Shown here: in pieces, positions 50,177-59,223 of the stretch
Layout of the letters: each line of letters opens with the position of its first letter
Numbering within the stretch: position 1 is the first letter of the stretch
Assembly (NCBI GenBank): GCA_038064475.1
Contig: JBBTTA010000007.1
Coordinates: 1 to 63,149, forward strand
Length of the DNA: 63,149 bases
Source of the DNA: Patescibacteria group bacterium
Lineage (GTDB): Bacteria; Patescibacteriota; Minisyncoccia; Phycocordibacterales; EsbW-18
Reading direction: 5' to 3'
Notes under the pieces: generated by a model
What the model was told of the DNA's origin: nothing
Database searches by the model: none
Seen by the model: the letters and a program-made list of their open reading frames with translations, nothing else
Translations under genes and position numbers: made by a program

Positions 50177-50543
50177 TGGAGATGGGCGGGTTGAACCGCC
50201 GTCCATTATGTGATGTCGTGCGAGTCTACGTAGTCTAGACTCTCTTTGTATCTCACGACATGGCTCTAAGAGAAACCAAATACCATGTCGCCAGCTTCTT
50301 TATTTTGAGATGTAGCCGAAACAGGAAACATCCCTAGTTTGAATTGGTTTACACTCGATAACACTTCTCAAACAAAAGTGTTAGAAAGCGTCGCTTACGC
50401 TAATGCGAAGGCGAAGTCACGTGCTGTGAAGTACGGACTTTTTGCTGCAGAGTTTGCAGGTATGTGTGCACTTTGGTGAGGGAGTAGTACGCTCCCACCA
50501 CGCACGCATGACAATCGTCATAATGTCGAAACAAGACATCCCC
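50177..50543 (-). ncRNA. ssrA: tmRNA (SsrA)
   Basis: Minus strand starts GGGGATGTCTTGTTTCGACATTA and ends GGACGGCGGTTCAACCCGCCCATCTCCA (tRNA-like T-arm and acceptor). Tag frame ..GCA AAC TCT GCA GCA AAA AGT CCG TAC TTC ACA GCA CGT GAC TTC GCC TTC GCA TTA GCG TAA. Adjacent to smpB. Confidence 0.9.
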
Positions 50544-50661
50544 GCGCAAAGCGCAATGACCAATATCAAATTCCAAATAACAATTTGATATTTGAAATTT
50601 GTTATTTGATATTACGCACAGTGTGCTCTCTGCAGGTGCGTCTTGTTCTGTTGTCAAAGAA

Positions 50662-51108
50662 CTACGATTCGCGACGTAACGTTTTCTGTATGTCGCGGTC
50701 GGCCTCCCGACGTTTCAAAGTTTCTCGCTTGTCGGCTTTTTTCTTTCCCCGAGCAACCGCAATCGAAACCTTAATATATCGTCCTTTATTATACACTGAT
50801 TGTGGCACTATTGTCAAGCCCTTCTGGTGCTCCTCTCCAGCTAGCGTGTCTATTTCTTTGCGTGCAAGGAGAAGGCGGCGTGGGCGAAGGGGATCGTAGT
50901 CTTCGGGTGTGTTTTTGGGTTGGTAGGGAGCGATATGCATGCCCACGAGATAGGCCTCATTGCCGCGTACAATGACGTACGCACCATCGAGCGTCGCCTG
51001 ACCTTTGCGGAGGGATTTTACTTCAGCACCCGTCAATTCGAGGCCAGCCTCAAAACGCTCGAGCATCTCGAAATCAAAGCGTGCTTTTCTGTTCTCTATG
51101 AGAGCCAT
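50662..51108 (-). CDS. smpB: SsrA-binding protein SmpB
   Basis: IENRKARFDFEMLERFEAGLELTGAEVKS.R...A.L..AYV. Confidence 0.95.
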   Translation of the reverse strand: MALIENRKARFDFEMLERFEAGLELTGAEVKSLRKGQATLDGAYVIVRGNEAYLVGMHIAPYQPKNTPEDYDPLRPRRLLLARKEIDTLAGEEHQKGLTIVPQSVYNKGRYIKVSIAVARGKKKADKRETLKRREADRDIQKTLRRES

Positions 51109-51194
51109 GCGGTGAGTATACTATACAATGATTGACTTTTCTATTTTACATGGTATTTTCATTTCAGGTGTACTTCTCATTGAAAGGGGAAAGA

Positions 51195-51413
51195 ATGCTA
51201 CTACTCCGTCGGTTTCTTGTTTTCGTCATCAACGTTTTCTGCTTCACAGTAACAGCAGCAATGCTTGCCGCTGGCTGTTACTACATGGCGCTGTTCAATG
51301 AACGGGATCTCGACTTCGCTCTCTACTTCAAAAACACCTGGTGGGCAATGCTCATCATCTGGGCTCTCATCAGATTGCTTGAGTTTCTCACTGGCAAGAA
51401 ATGGTTGCGGTAG
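51195..51413 (+). CDS. Small membrane protein 1 of 3 (72 aa)
   Basis: AAAGGGGAAAGA-ATG inside track ORF 51132. Two TM segments. Promoter TTGACT-16-TATTTT upstream. Confidence 0.55.
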   Translation: MLLLRRFLVFVINVFCFTVTAAMLAAGCYYMALFNERDLDFALYFKNTWWAMLIIWALIRLLEFLTGKKWLR

Positions 51414-51423
51414 AAAGGAGTAG

Positions 51424-51765
51424 ATGATGACGATTCTGAATTTCCTCATGGGTTGGCTCGAGGTGCCGGTGATGTTCATCCAAGACAACTGGGGGACTTT
51501 TTTGATCTTCGCAAGTCTGCCACTTCTGTCAGGTGCGGTCAACAGAAAATTCGAAGACAGGATTCCGCGTTGGGCTCGAGTGCTCGGCATGTCCACGGGG
51601 GTCTTTCTGTGGGTACTTCTCGTGTATTTGCGCGAGGTGTTTCCCGGAAACTACTTCTACTGGCTGGGTCTCGAGATTTTTCTCTGGATACTACCGGTGA
51701 TCATGGTGGCTGTCTTCGAGAGAGATAGCACGGTCACTGCCGCTGAAGCTGGGAAGGGGTATTGA
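51424..51765 (+). CDS. Small membrane protein 2 of 3 (113 aa)
   Basis: GAAAGGAGTAG-ATG. Three to four TM segments. Confidence 0.6.
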   Translation: MMTILNFLMGWLEVPVMFIQDNWGTFLIFASLPLLSGAVNRKFEDRIPRWARVLGMSTGVFLWVLLVYLREVFPGNYFYWLGLEIFLWILPVIMVAVFERDSTVTAAEAGKGY

Positions 51766-52067
51766 TGAATTTCTTTCTCAAAATACTCCAATCCCACTTC
51801 CTCTTCGCTCTTGCATCCCTCGGTCTTGCGCTCCTCGTCACAATTCTTGTGTACTGGGTATGCAGAGTCATGCTCCCCGATTTTCTTGGTCGAGGAATGG
51901 GATGTTTGTGTGGAGCGCTGAGTTTTACCGCCGCATTCGTAGTCCAGAACGTGGGGTACGCCTCTACGCCAAACCAGTTTTCTTTTTGGTTTTGGATTCT
52001 TGCTGTGGTGTCGTGGCTAATCCTAATCACCGGTGGGCTTGCCTATTGGAAGATTTCAGGAGGATAA
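51762..52067 (+). CDS. Small membrane protein 3 of 3 (101 aa)
   Basis: ATGA start-stop overlap with the previous ORF. GGGAAGGGG upstream. Three TM segments. Confidence 0.6.
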   Translation: MMNFFLKILQSHFLFALASLGLALLVTILVYWVCRVMLPDFLGRGMGCLCGALSFTAAFVVQNVGYASTPNQFSFWFWILAVVSWLILITGGLAYWKISGG

Positions 52068-52133
52068 TAGTAACAAAGTTCTTCGCGCGCCCTCCTGGGC
52101 GCGCTTTGCTTTTTGCGTGTATACTATTCGCGT

Positions 52134-54074
52134 ATGCAGAAGCAAAAGAAGCAACCACAGCATCAAAAACCTCCGCAAGCCCCAAAACAGGAACAAAAAC
52201 GGACTCCAAAAATGCGATTGCCACAAGGGCGTTCATTCTGGTTCAACATTGGTATCGCTATTCTTGTTTTTTTCATCATTTCCTCGATTTACACCGCGAT
52301 TTCTGAGACACAAAGTGATGACAAGGTGATACCGATATCCGATGTCGCGCGCGAAGTTATTTCAGGTAGCGTGACGGCAATCATCGCAGAGGGTGATGTG
52401 CTCACCGTGACGCTCAAAGATGGTCCAGAAAAAGAATCACACAAAGAAGCAGGTGTTGGCGTTCCAGAACTTTTGACATCGTACGGTGTGACACCAGAAC
52501 AACTTGCCGTTGTTCGGCTTGAGGTGAAGGGTGAATCAGGATTTCTCTTTTGGTTTTTCAATATTATGCCAATACTCCTGCCACTCTTGCTCATTGGTTT
52601 GTTTATTTGGTTTTTGACGAGGCAGGTAAAGGGTGCAGGCATGCAGGCGCTTTCGTTCGGACAATCACGCGCGCGATTTTTTGATCCAAAAGACAAACAA
52701 CGTGTGACGTTCAAGGATGTTGCGGGTGTCAAAGAGGCAAAAGAAGAACTTTTGGAGATTGTGGACTTCCTTAAGAATCCAAAAAAATTCTTAGACATTG
52801 GTGCACAAATTCCAAAGGGAGTGTTGCTCATGGGTTCTCCGGGTACAGGAAAAACATTGCTTGCGCGTGCTGTTGCGGGGGAAGCGGGCGTACCATTTTT
52901 CTCAATTTCAGGTTCTGAATTCGTTGAGATGTTTGTGGGTGTGGGTGCATCGCGTGTGCGTGATCTTTTCCAGACAGTGAAGCAAGCAGCCCCTGCGATT
53001 ATTTTTATTGATGAGATAGATGCGGTAGGACGCACGCGCGGTGTCGGATTGGGAGGAGGGAATGACGAACGCGAACAAACCTTGAACCAAATTTTGGTTG
53101 AGATGGACGGATTTGAACCAACAGAGAAGGTGATTGTGATGGCGGCGACAAACCGTCCTGATGTACTCGACCAAGCACTTCTTCGTCCAGGACGTTTTGA
53201 TCGTCGTGTGCGTCTTGATTTGCCAGACCGCAAAGATAGAGAAGAAATTTTATCAGTTCACGCTCGTAGCAAGCCTCTCACTGAAGATGTAGCGCTTAAA
53301 CTTATCGCAGAACGCACGCCGGGATTTTCGGGAGCTGATTTGCAATCACTCATGAACGAAGCGGCGATTCTCGCGGCGCGCGAAAACCGCCAGAAGGTGT
53401 CGCAATTTGACCTCATTCGCTCAATTGAGAAAGTGCTTCTCGGTCCTGAACGAAAGAGTCATATTCTCTCGGACCGTGAAAAGAAAATAACCGCCTATCA
53501 CGAAGCGGGGCATGCTCTCGTTGCGTCAGTTCTTCCAAATGCCGATCCTGTACACAAGGTGTCTATCATTGCGCGCGGTCATGCGGGAGGCTACACGCTC
53601 TCACTTCCACTTGAAGAAAATCGTTTGCTCTCACGTGCGGCATTTATTGATCGCTTAGCAATGACATTAGGTGGGTATGCTGCAGAGATGCTCATCTTCA
53701 AAGATGTTACAACAGGCCCATCACACGATCTCGAAACTGCAACAGCACTCGCACGCGATATGGTGATGCGCTATGGAATGTCGGAGAAGATTGGACCCTT
53801 GGCACTTGCATCAGACGACCCACGTTCTGGTATGAAAGGATTTGAAGAACGCGAATACTCAGAAAAAATTGCGGCGATTGTTGATGAAGAAGTAAACATG
53901 CTTATGACGAATGCGCGTACGACAGCAGAGCGTGTGCTAAAGGAACACGACAAGGCGCTTGAAGCAATTGTTGCGCACCTTCTTGATAAAGAGACCATAG
54001 AACAGCCTGAATTTGAGTCCATTTTGCGCTCTCACGGTATCAAGGTGAAGAAAGAAGAGACTGTGATAGCATAA
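52134..54074 (+). CDS. ftsH: ATP-dependent zinc metalloprotease FtsH
   Basis: [31 protein letters not shown] region, and zinc motif HEAGHAL. The track ORF starts at 52113. Confidence 0.96.
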   Translation: MQKQKKQPQHQKPPQAPKQEQKRTPKMRLPQGRSFWFNIGIAILVFFIISSIYTAISETQSDDKVIPISDVAREVISGSVTAIIAEGDVLTVTLKDGPEKESHKEAGVGVPELLTSYGVTPEQLAVVRLEVKGESGFLFWFFNIMPILLPLLLIGLFIWFLTRQVKGAGMQALSFGQSRARFFDPKDKQRVTFKDVAGVKEAKEELLEIVDFLKNPKKFLDIGAQIPKGVLLMGSPGTGKTLLARAVAGEAGVPFFSISGSEFVEMFVGVGASRVRDLFQTVKQAAPAIIFIDEIDAVGRTRGVGLGGGNDEREQTLNQILVEMDGFEPTEKVIVMAATNRPDVLDQALLRPGRFDRRVRLDLPDRKDREEILSVHARSKPLTEDVALKLIAERTPGFSGADLQSLMNEAAILAARENRQKVSQFDLIRSIEKVLLGPERKSHILSDREKKITAYHEAGHALVASVLPNADPVHKVSIIARGHAGGYTLSLPLEENRLLSRAAFIDRLAMTLGGYAAEMLIFKDVTTGPSHDLETATALARDMVMRYGMSEKIGPLALASDDPRSGMKGFEEREYSEKIAAIVDEEVNMLMTNARTTAERVLKEHDKALEAIVAHLLDKETIEQPEFESILRSHGIKVKKEETVIA

Positions 54075-54099
54075 AGGTACAAAACTAAATCAAAAACAT

Positions 54100-54495
54100 A
54101 TGTTTAAGTTTGAAAATATTTTTAATCGAGAAGCAAAAGACGAATCAAAAGAAGCGCATCTCAACACAGGACGTTCTGAAGAGGTAACAGAAGATATTTC
54201 TGAAACGCAAGAAAAAATAACAGAGAGTAACGAGCGTTTCGACAAAATAACTGACGGCGTTGAAAAAATAATGCCGGAGATACTTGAGATGATGAAAAAA
54301 GACGGGGCTCAAATCGAAAACATAATGGACTACGAGAAACATTTTGTTGATAAACTTCAAGAAAATGGTTTCATAACAGCGAGCGATATGAGCTTTGCTT
54401 CGATAGATGATGCGGTGCGTCAGGCAATCAAAAAAGTGACTCGATCTGGCTACGATAGATGGAGAAAAGAGCTCACTGAGCGAGAAGCCGCATAG
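54100..54495 (+). CDS. Hypothetical acidic 131-aa protein
   Basis: ORF with native-like composition and no SD. No family recognised. Confidence 0.55.
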   Translation: MFKFENIFNREAKDESKEAHLNTGRSEEVTEDISETQEKITESNERFDKITDGVEKIMPEILEMMKKDGAQIENIMDYEKHFVDKLQENGFITASDMSFASIDDAVRQAIKKVTRSGYDRWRKELTEREAA

Positions 54496-54560
54496 CCTTG
54501 ACACCCTTATTTTTTCAGGTATTTTTGCTGTAGAACGTTTTTCCCCGAAAGGGGTGACGT

Positions 54561-54854
54561 ATGAGTTCAATTCGTGGGTCTTGTCTCAAAGCACATCAAT
54601 CTTCACAACGCAGGTTTCGTTTGGTGAAGGGGGTCGCTCCGGATCCCCCCGAGCTTCCCGAGCTCTCCGAGCAGGAAGAGAAGGTGTCTTTACTTCTCAA
54701 GAAGCACAATCTCAACCCAGCGTGCGCGGGTCGAGCATCGGGGTTTTTTGTGGAGTTGCGCGGGACCATACCCAACATGACCGAAGAGACGTACCAGAAG
54801 ACGCTCCGTGCTGTGGATGCTGACTGGGAAGCTCGTCGGAAGGGACGAAGGTAG
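54561..54854 (+). CDS. Hypothetical 97-aa protein (SD-led cassette)
   Basis: AAAGGGGTGACGT-ATG. Promoter TTGACA-16-TATTTT at 54498-54525. This frame is G/C-rich at third positions, unlike the overlapping frame 54554..54823. Confidence 0.55.
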   Translation: MSSIRGSCLKAHQSSQRRFRLVKGVAPDPPELPELSEQEEKVSLLLKKHNLNPACAGRASGFFVELRGTIPNMTEETYQKTLRAVDADWEARRKGRR

Positions 54855-54880
54855 AATGTCGAGAAGTCTCGACGAATAAC

Positions 54881-54907
54881 GGCAGGTACCGAAAGGTCCT
54901 GCCTTTT
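54881..54907 (+). terminator. Intrinsic terminator
   Basis: GGCAGGTACC-GAA-AGGTCCTGCC followed by TTTT. Confidence 0.8.
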
Positions 54908-54946
54908 CATTTACATGCCTGTCGAATCTGAAGGTTTAATCTTCGG

Positions 54947-54985
54947 AGTCCCTCACTTGGAAGCGAAGCTTCCAAGTGAGGGACT
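54947..54985. repeat. Palindromic hairpin, copy 2 of the 25-nt repeat (18-bp perfect stem)
   Basis: AGTCCCTCACTTGGAAGC-GAA-GCTTCCAAGTGAGGGACT. The core is identical to 26218-26242. Confidence 0.85.
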
Positions 54986-55028
54986 CCGTGCGACGCTCAG
55001 CGTCGCACGGAATAACTGCAAACGTCCG

Positions 55029-55102
55029 TCCGCCCCCTTGGAATCGAACCAAGAACCGCCGAGGTATAAGCTCGGTGCTCTAACCAATTGAGCTAGGGGC
55101 GG
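55029..55102 (-). tRNA. tRNA-Ile (anticodon UAU)
   Basis: Reverse-strand 74-nt cloverleaf with acceptor CCGCCCC/GGGGCGG, D-arm GCTCAATTGGTTAGAGC, anticodon stem CCGAG/CTCGG with loop CTTATAC, and T-loop GGTTCGATTCC. Confidence 0.85.
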
Positions 55103-55164
55103 ACGCACACTTTCAATACTCCTCCTTGGGGATGGAGATGAAGCCATTGTGATATTATTGTCGA

Positions 55165-56946
55165 ATGAATGCAACACCAGTGCCACAACCCAAGGCCGGT
55201 TCATCCGTAAAGGCGAGCCGCATTCTTAAAGTTTTTCTTGAACACTCAAAGGGCCACTCTCTGTCTTTGGGGGTTATTGTTATTTGTCTCCTTGCAACAA
55301 GTATTCTTGAGGCCGTTGTTCCACTTTTTTATAAAGATTTTTTTGATGCACTTACTGGTTCTGGAGCAACACAAATCGCCTTTGTCGCTTTGGTATGGGG
55401 GCTCTCATTGAAGGGTCTTGGGTGGGCGTTATGGCGTCCAATATCATTTTTTACATCCTGGATTCAGACACATGTGATGGCTGAGCTTTCGAATTTTGCA
55501 TTCGCTAAGATTCTTAGGCATTCGTATAAGTTTTTTACAGACTCGTTTGTGGGATCATTGACCCGCAAGGTAAACCGCTTTGCATCAGCATACGAAACGA
55601 TATTTGATCAGCTTGTGGGTAACTTAATCCCCATACTTGTCAAAACAGTGGCAATGCTTTTTGTTTTGTTTTGGCGTTCAACCGCAATTGGGTTTTCAGT
55701 TCTCGTTTGGTTCATTGTTCTTCTCTATTTCAATTACCGTGCTCTCAAATGGAAGCAGAAGTATGAAGAAGAACGAGCCCTTGCAGATACAAAAGCGGGG
55801 GGTGTCCTAGCTGACAGCATCACGAACAGCACAACAATAAAACTCTTTTCTTCTTTTACACATGAGGGGGCTCTTTTTGGATCTGTTATTGAGGCGGTTC
55901 GCAAGATACGCCTCTTTACGTGGAACTTGAATGAAATTATACGCGCCGTACAGGGGCTTCTTACTATTTTAGTAGAAGTTGTGGTGATGTTCGTGTCGTA
56001 TAAGTTGTATAACCAAGGTCTTATCACTATTGGTGATATCGTTTTGTTCCAAACATATATCATCACTCTTGCTGCTTCGTTGTGGGGTCTTGGCTGGGTA
56101 TTGAAGGCTCTCTATCAGGCTTTTGCGGACGCAAAAGAAATGGTGGAAATCATTGATAAACCTCTTGATGTGCAGGATGCGCCGGACGCAACAACACTTT
56201 CGGTTGCTGACGGAAAGATTGAGTTCAAAAATGTTTCTTTTAACTTTAACGAAACACGAGCCGTGTTTGAAGATCTTTTTCTCACAATTGCTCCGAGAGA
56301 AAAAGTTGCATTTGTCGGTTCTTCAGGAGCAGGAAAAACGACAATCACAAAACTTATTCTCCGCTTTTATGACGTAACATCAGGAGAGATTGCTATCGAT
56401 GGTCAAAATATTGCACATGTTACACAGGACAGCTTGCGAGATGCCACTGCGCTTGTTCCACAAGAACCAATTCTCTTCCACAGAAGTTTGATGGATAACA
56501 TTCGCTATGGCCGACAGAATGCAACAGACGAAGAAGTTATGGAGGCTGCGAAGAAAGCACACTGTCATGAATTTATTACATGGCTTCCTGAGGGGTACAG
56601 CACATTAGTGGGAGAGCGCGGGGTTAAACTGTCTGGTGGTGAGCGTCAGCGTGTTGCGATTGCGCGCGCGATTCTCAAGAACGCTCCAATTTTGATTCTT
56701 GATGAAGCAACATCAAGTCTTGATTCTGAATCAGAGCACCTCATTCAGGATGCTCTTAAAGTTCTTATGGAGGGTAAGACCGTTATTGTTATTGCACACC
56801 GCCTCTCAACAATCATGAAGATGGATAGGATTATGGTCGTTGAAGGTGGAAAAATTCGTGCGTCGGGCAAACACGAAACACTTCTTACAAAGGACGAGCT
56901 CTACAAGAAGCTTTGGTCTATTCAGGTGGGCGGATTTCTTCAGTAA
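55165..56946 (+). CDS. ABC exporter, fused permease and ATPase (MsbA-like)
   Basis: Six-TM N-terminal half. Walker A GSSGAGKTT, signature LSGGERQR, and Walker B ILILDEATS. Confidence 0.92.
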   Translation: MNATPVPQPKAGSSVKASRILKVFLEHSKGHSLSLGVIVICLLATSILEAVVPLFYKDFFDALTGSGATQIAFVALVWGLSLKGLGWALWRPISFFTSWIQTHVMAELSNFAFAKILRHSYKFFTDSFVGSLTRKVNRFASAYETIFDQLVGNLIPILVKTVAMLFVLFWRSTAIGFSVLVWFIVLLYFNYRALKWKQKYEEERALADTKAGGVLADSITNSTTIKLFSSFTHEGALFGSVIEAVRKIRLFTWNLNEIIRAVQGLLTILVEVVVMFVSYKLYNQGLITIGDIVLFQTYIITLAASLWGLGWVLKALYQAFADAKEMVEIIDKPLDVQDAPDATTLSVADGKIEFKNVSFNFNETRAVFEDLFLTIAPREKVAFVGSSGAGKTTITKLILRFYDVTSGEIAIDGQNIAHVTQDSLRDATALVPQEPILFHRSLMDNIRYGRQNATDEEVMEAAKKAHCHEFITWLPEGYSTLVGERGVKLSGGERQRVAIARAILKNAPILILDEATSSLDSESEHLIQDALKVLMEGKTVIVIAHRLSTIMKMDRIMVVEGGKIRASGKHETLLTKDELYKKLWSIQVGGFLQ

Positions 56947-57003
56947 GCTATACTACATACATCAAAACCCGTAACTTTTGAGGGGTACGGGCACATACAT
57001 CAC

Positions 57004-57543
57004 ATGGATGAAACGAAAAAGCGCGAGCTCAAGGCACTCGTAGAAAAGGTCGGTACAGGCGACCAGGAGGCCTTTCGCGTATTGTATGAAAGTCTCATTG
57101 GGCGACTCTTCAACTACGTGCGTCAGCGCACGAGTTCGGAAGAGGACACCAACGATCTTTTACAGGATATTTTTCTTGATTTGTGGAACGCATTTCAGCA
57201 TTTTGAGTATCGAACCGAGGGACATTTCTACGCATTTATTTTTATCGTTACGAAACGTCGTCTTGCGCGCCACTACAAAACAAAACGATCGCATGACTCA
57301 CTCGATGATTTGTTGCCCTCACAACATCCGCGCGTAGATGCCGAGCTCAATGATCCCGATGGCATGAAGCCGCTTGTCGCTCGCTTGTCTCCAAAATATC
57401 GTGATGTCATGACGCTTCGGTATTGGTCGGGACTTGGGTTTGCTGAGATTGCCGACATGCTTGGTACGAATGAGAACACGGTTAAGGTACGTCATCATCG
57501 CGCATTGAAACAGCTTCGCAATCTTATGGCAGAACACACATAA
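57004..57543 (+). CDS. ECF-type sigma-70 family sigma factor
   Basis: Region 2 DLLQDIFLDLW and region 4 RDVMTLRYWSGLGFAEIADMLG..ENTVKVRHHRALKQLR. Confidence 0.88.
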   Translation: MDETKKRELKALVEKVGTGDQEAFRVLYESLIGRLFNYVRQRTSSEEDTNDLLQDIFLDLWNAFQHFEYRTEGHFYAFIFIVTKRRLARHYKTKRSHDSLDDLLPSQHPRVDAELNDPDGMKPLVARLSPKYRDVMTLRYWSGLGFAEIADMLGTNENTVKVRHHRALKQLRNLMAEHT

Positions 57544-57545
57544 CT

Positions 57546-58511
57546 ATGGAAAACAAATTTCAAAAAATTGAAGATAGTTTGAAGAAGGTGAAACCTTTAA
57601 CACTTTCAGCTGATATGAAAGCGGAGCTTTGGAGTAGGATTCAACCACGTTTTGGTGAGGCACGAGAAGTAATTCCAAGTCCATATCTCACATTCTCTTT
57701 TTACATGCACACACGTGTTTTGGTACCAGCACTTCTTGTCGTACTTCTCATTTCAACAGGTGGAACTACAGCACTTGCTGACGGTTCACGTCCGGGGGAT
57801 TTTCTCTTTGCAATTGATCGTGCCGCAGAAAGTGTACGACTCTCATTTACGTCTGACGAAAAGAGAGATGATGTGCGTGTCGCAATTGCAGAAGAGCGGG
57901 TGTCAGAGCTCGAATCACTTATCGGGGAAGAATCATCACGCCGTCTTGCGCGTGGTGGTGCCGCACGAAATGCAAAACAAGCGCCACAACCAGAAATGGC
58001 AACGTTTTCAATACAAGCAGATAGTGATGTTGCCGTAGAAAGTGGAGATGATGCAATGAATACAGACGCAACACTCATGATGCAAGCAACAGGTGAAGCG
58101 GACGCTGTTCCTCCACAAGCAGAAGAGGCAACTGAGGATAAAGATACAGAGAGTCGTAACGAAGATATTCAAACAGCACTTATGCTTTTGAGTGATATTT
58201 CTATTGAATTGAAAGAAAAGGGAAATGAGGAAGCCTACAATACTGTGGGACGCGCAATCGGTCGTTTGAATCAAAAATTAAATGAGCTTCCATACGAAGA
58301 AGGGGACTCATTCAAGGAAACAATTGAAAGAGAGATTCCTGAAGCGTCTGCTGAATTTGAAACGATTAATGTCGGCCCAACACCATCAGATGAAGGATTC
58401 ACTGGTGTTGAAAACCCACGCCCCACACTTGAAGTTGAAGTAGTTATTGATGAAGAAATTAAAATTGATGGAGGCCCTGTGCCCGAAATTCTACCCGTAA
58501 AGAGTTGGTAA
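57546..58511 (+). CDS. Membrane-anchored putative anti-sigma / DUF5667-like protein
   Basis: Starts immediately after the sigma gene. One TM segment. Extracytoplasmic helical and acidic region. Confidence 0.6.
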   Translation: MENKFQKIEDSLKKVKPLTLSADMKAELWSRIQPRFGEAREVIPSPYLTFSFYMHTRVLVPALLVVLLISTGGTTALADGSRPGDFLFAIDRAAESVRLSFTSDEKRDDVRVAIAEERVSELESLIGEESSRRLARGGAARNAKQAPQPEMATFSIQADSDVAVESGDDAMNTDATLMMQATGEADAVPPQAEEATEDKDTESRNEDIQTALMLLSDISIELKEKGNEEAYNTVGRAIGRLNQKLNELPYEEGDSFKETIEREIPEASAEFETINVGPTPSDEGFTGVENPRPTLEVEVVIDEEIKIDGGPVPEILPVKSW

Positions 58512-58567
58512 ATAAAACCACCCCGTTCTCGCAGCTCGATTGAGCGTTGAGAACGGGGCGCTGCGAC

Positions 58568-59143
58568 TCATGCCGCGAGGAACTTTTTCCACATCTCCTG
58601 GAGTTGCCAGTCGAGGAAGGATCTGCCGTACAACACGAAATCGAAGTGATTCACGATGTGGTAGTTGGCGAGCGCGATCGATCCACCCTGATCGTTGTTG
58701 CCGATCTCGGCATGGTCGCGCATCACTGCTTCTGCCGTCGTGAGAGGACGGACCGGACGACGAGATAATCGTTCGTGCCGGACGTCCGTGTCCGTGTGGA
58801 TCGCGAGAAGTTTGAACTTCTCACCGAACGTCTCCCGGAACAGGAAGACTTCGTCGCGGTTTCGGACCCCGTCGATGATGACGAGAGTATTCTCGCGAAC
58901 GAGCTCCTCGATCTTCGGGAGGGCACACTGAGCCACGGCAGCAGGGCCGAACCGAGAACGCATTTCGTCCCGGACGGCGCGCTCGGTCTCCTGAGTCTGC
59001 GGGAGACCGCGACGGTCCCTCTCTTCGAGAACGGCGCCGCCGAGGTAGTACACCTTCCCCTCAGGATGTCTCTTGAGGATGAGATCGATGACGAAACCCT
59101 TTCCAGCGCCGGGCATTGCTGCCACTCCGAGAATGCTTGCCAT
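58568..59143 (-). CDS. P-loop nucleotide kinase resembling archaeal UPF0200 / dephospho-CoA-kinase-like proteins (SD-led cassette)
   Basis: GVAAMPGAGKG P-loop. IIDGVRNRDEVFLFRETFGEKFKLLAIH....RHERL and IALANYHIVN. Strongly G/C-rich third positions. AGAGAGGTTCGCA-ATG. Confidence 0.7.
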   Translation of the reverse strand: MASILGVAAMPGAGKGFVIDLILKRHPEGKVYYLGGAVLEERDRRGLPQTQETERAVRDEMRSRFGPAAVAQCALPKIEELVRENTLVIIDGVRNRDEVFLFRETFGEKFKLLAIHTDTDVRHERLSRRPVRPLTTAEAVMRDHAEIGNNDQGGSIALANYHIVNHFDFVLYGRSFLDWQLQEMWKKFLAA

Positions 59144-59195
59144 TGCGAACCTCTCTTTCTAAGTGTGGTTGATTTGGAACAGTTTTACTGCTGGC

Positions 59196-59223
59196 ATAAT
59201 AGCACTTTTTAACTTTTTGTCAA
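59196..59223 (-). promoter_or_regulatory. Consensus-like promoter for the kinase cassette
   Basis: Minus strand reads TTGACA (59223-59218), a 16-nt spacer, then TATTAT (59201-59196). Confidence 0.7.
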
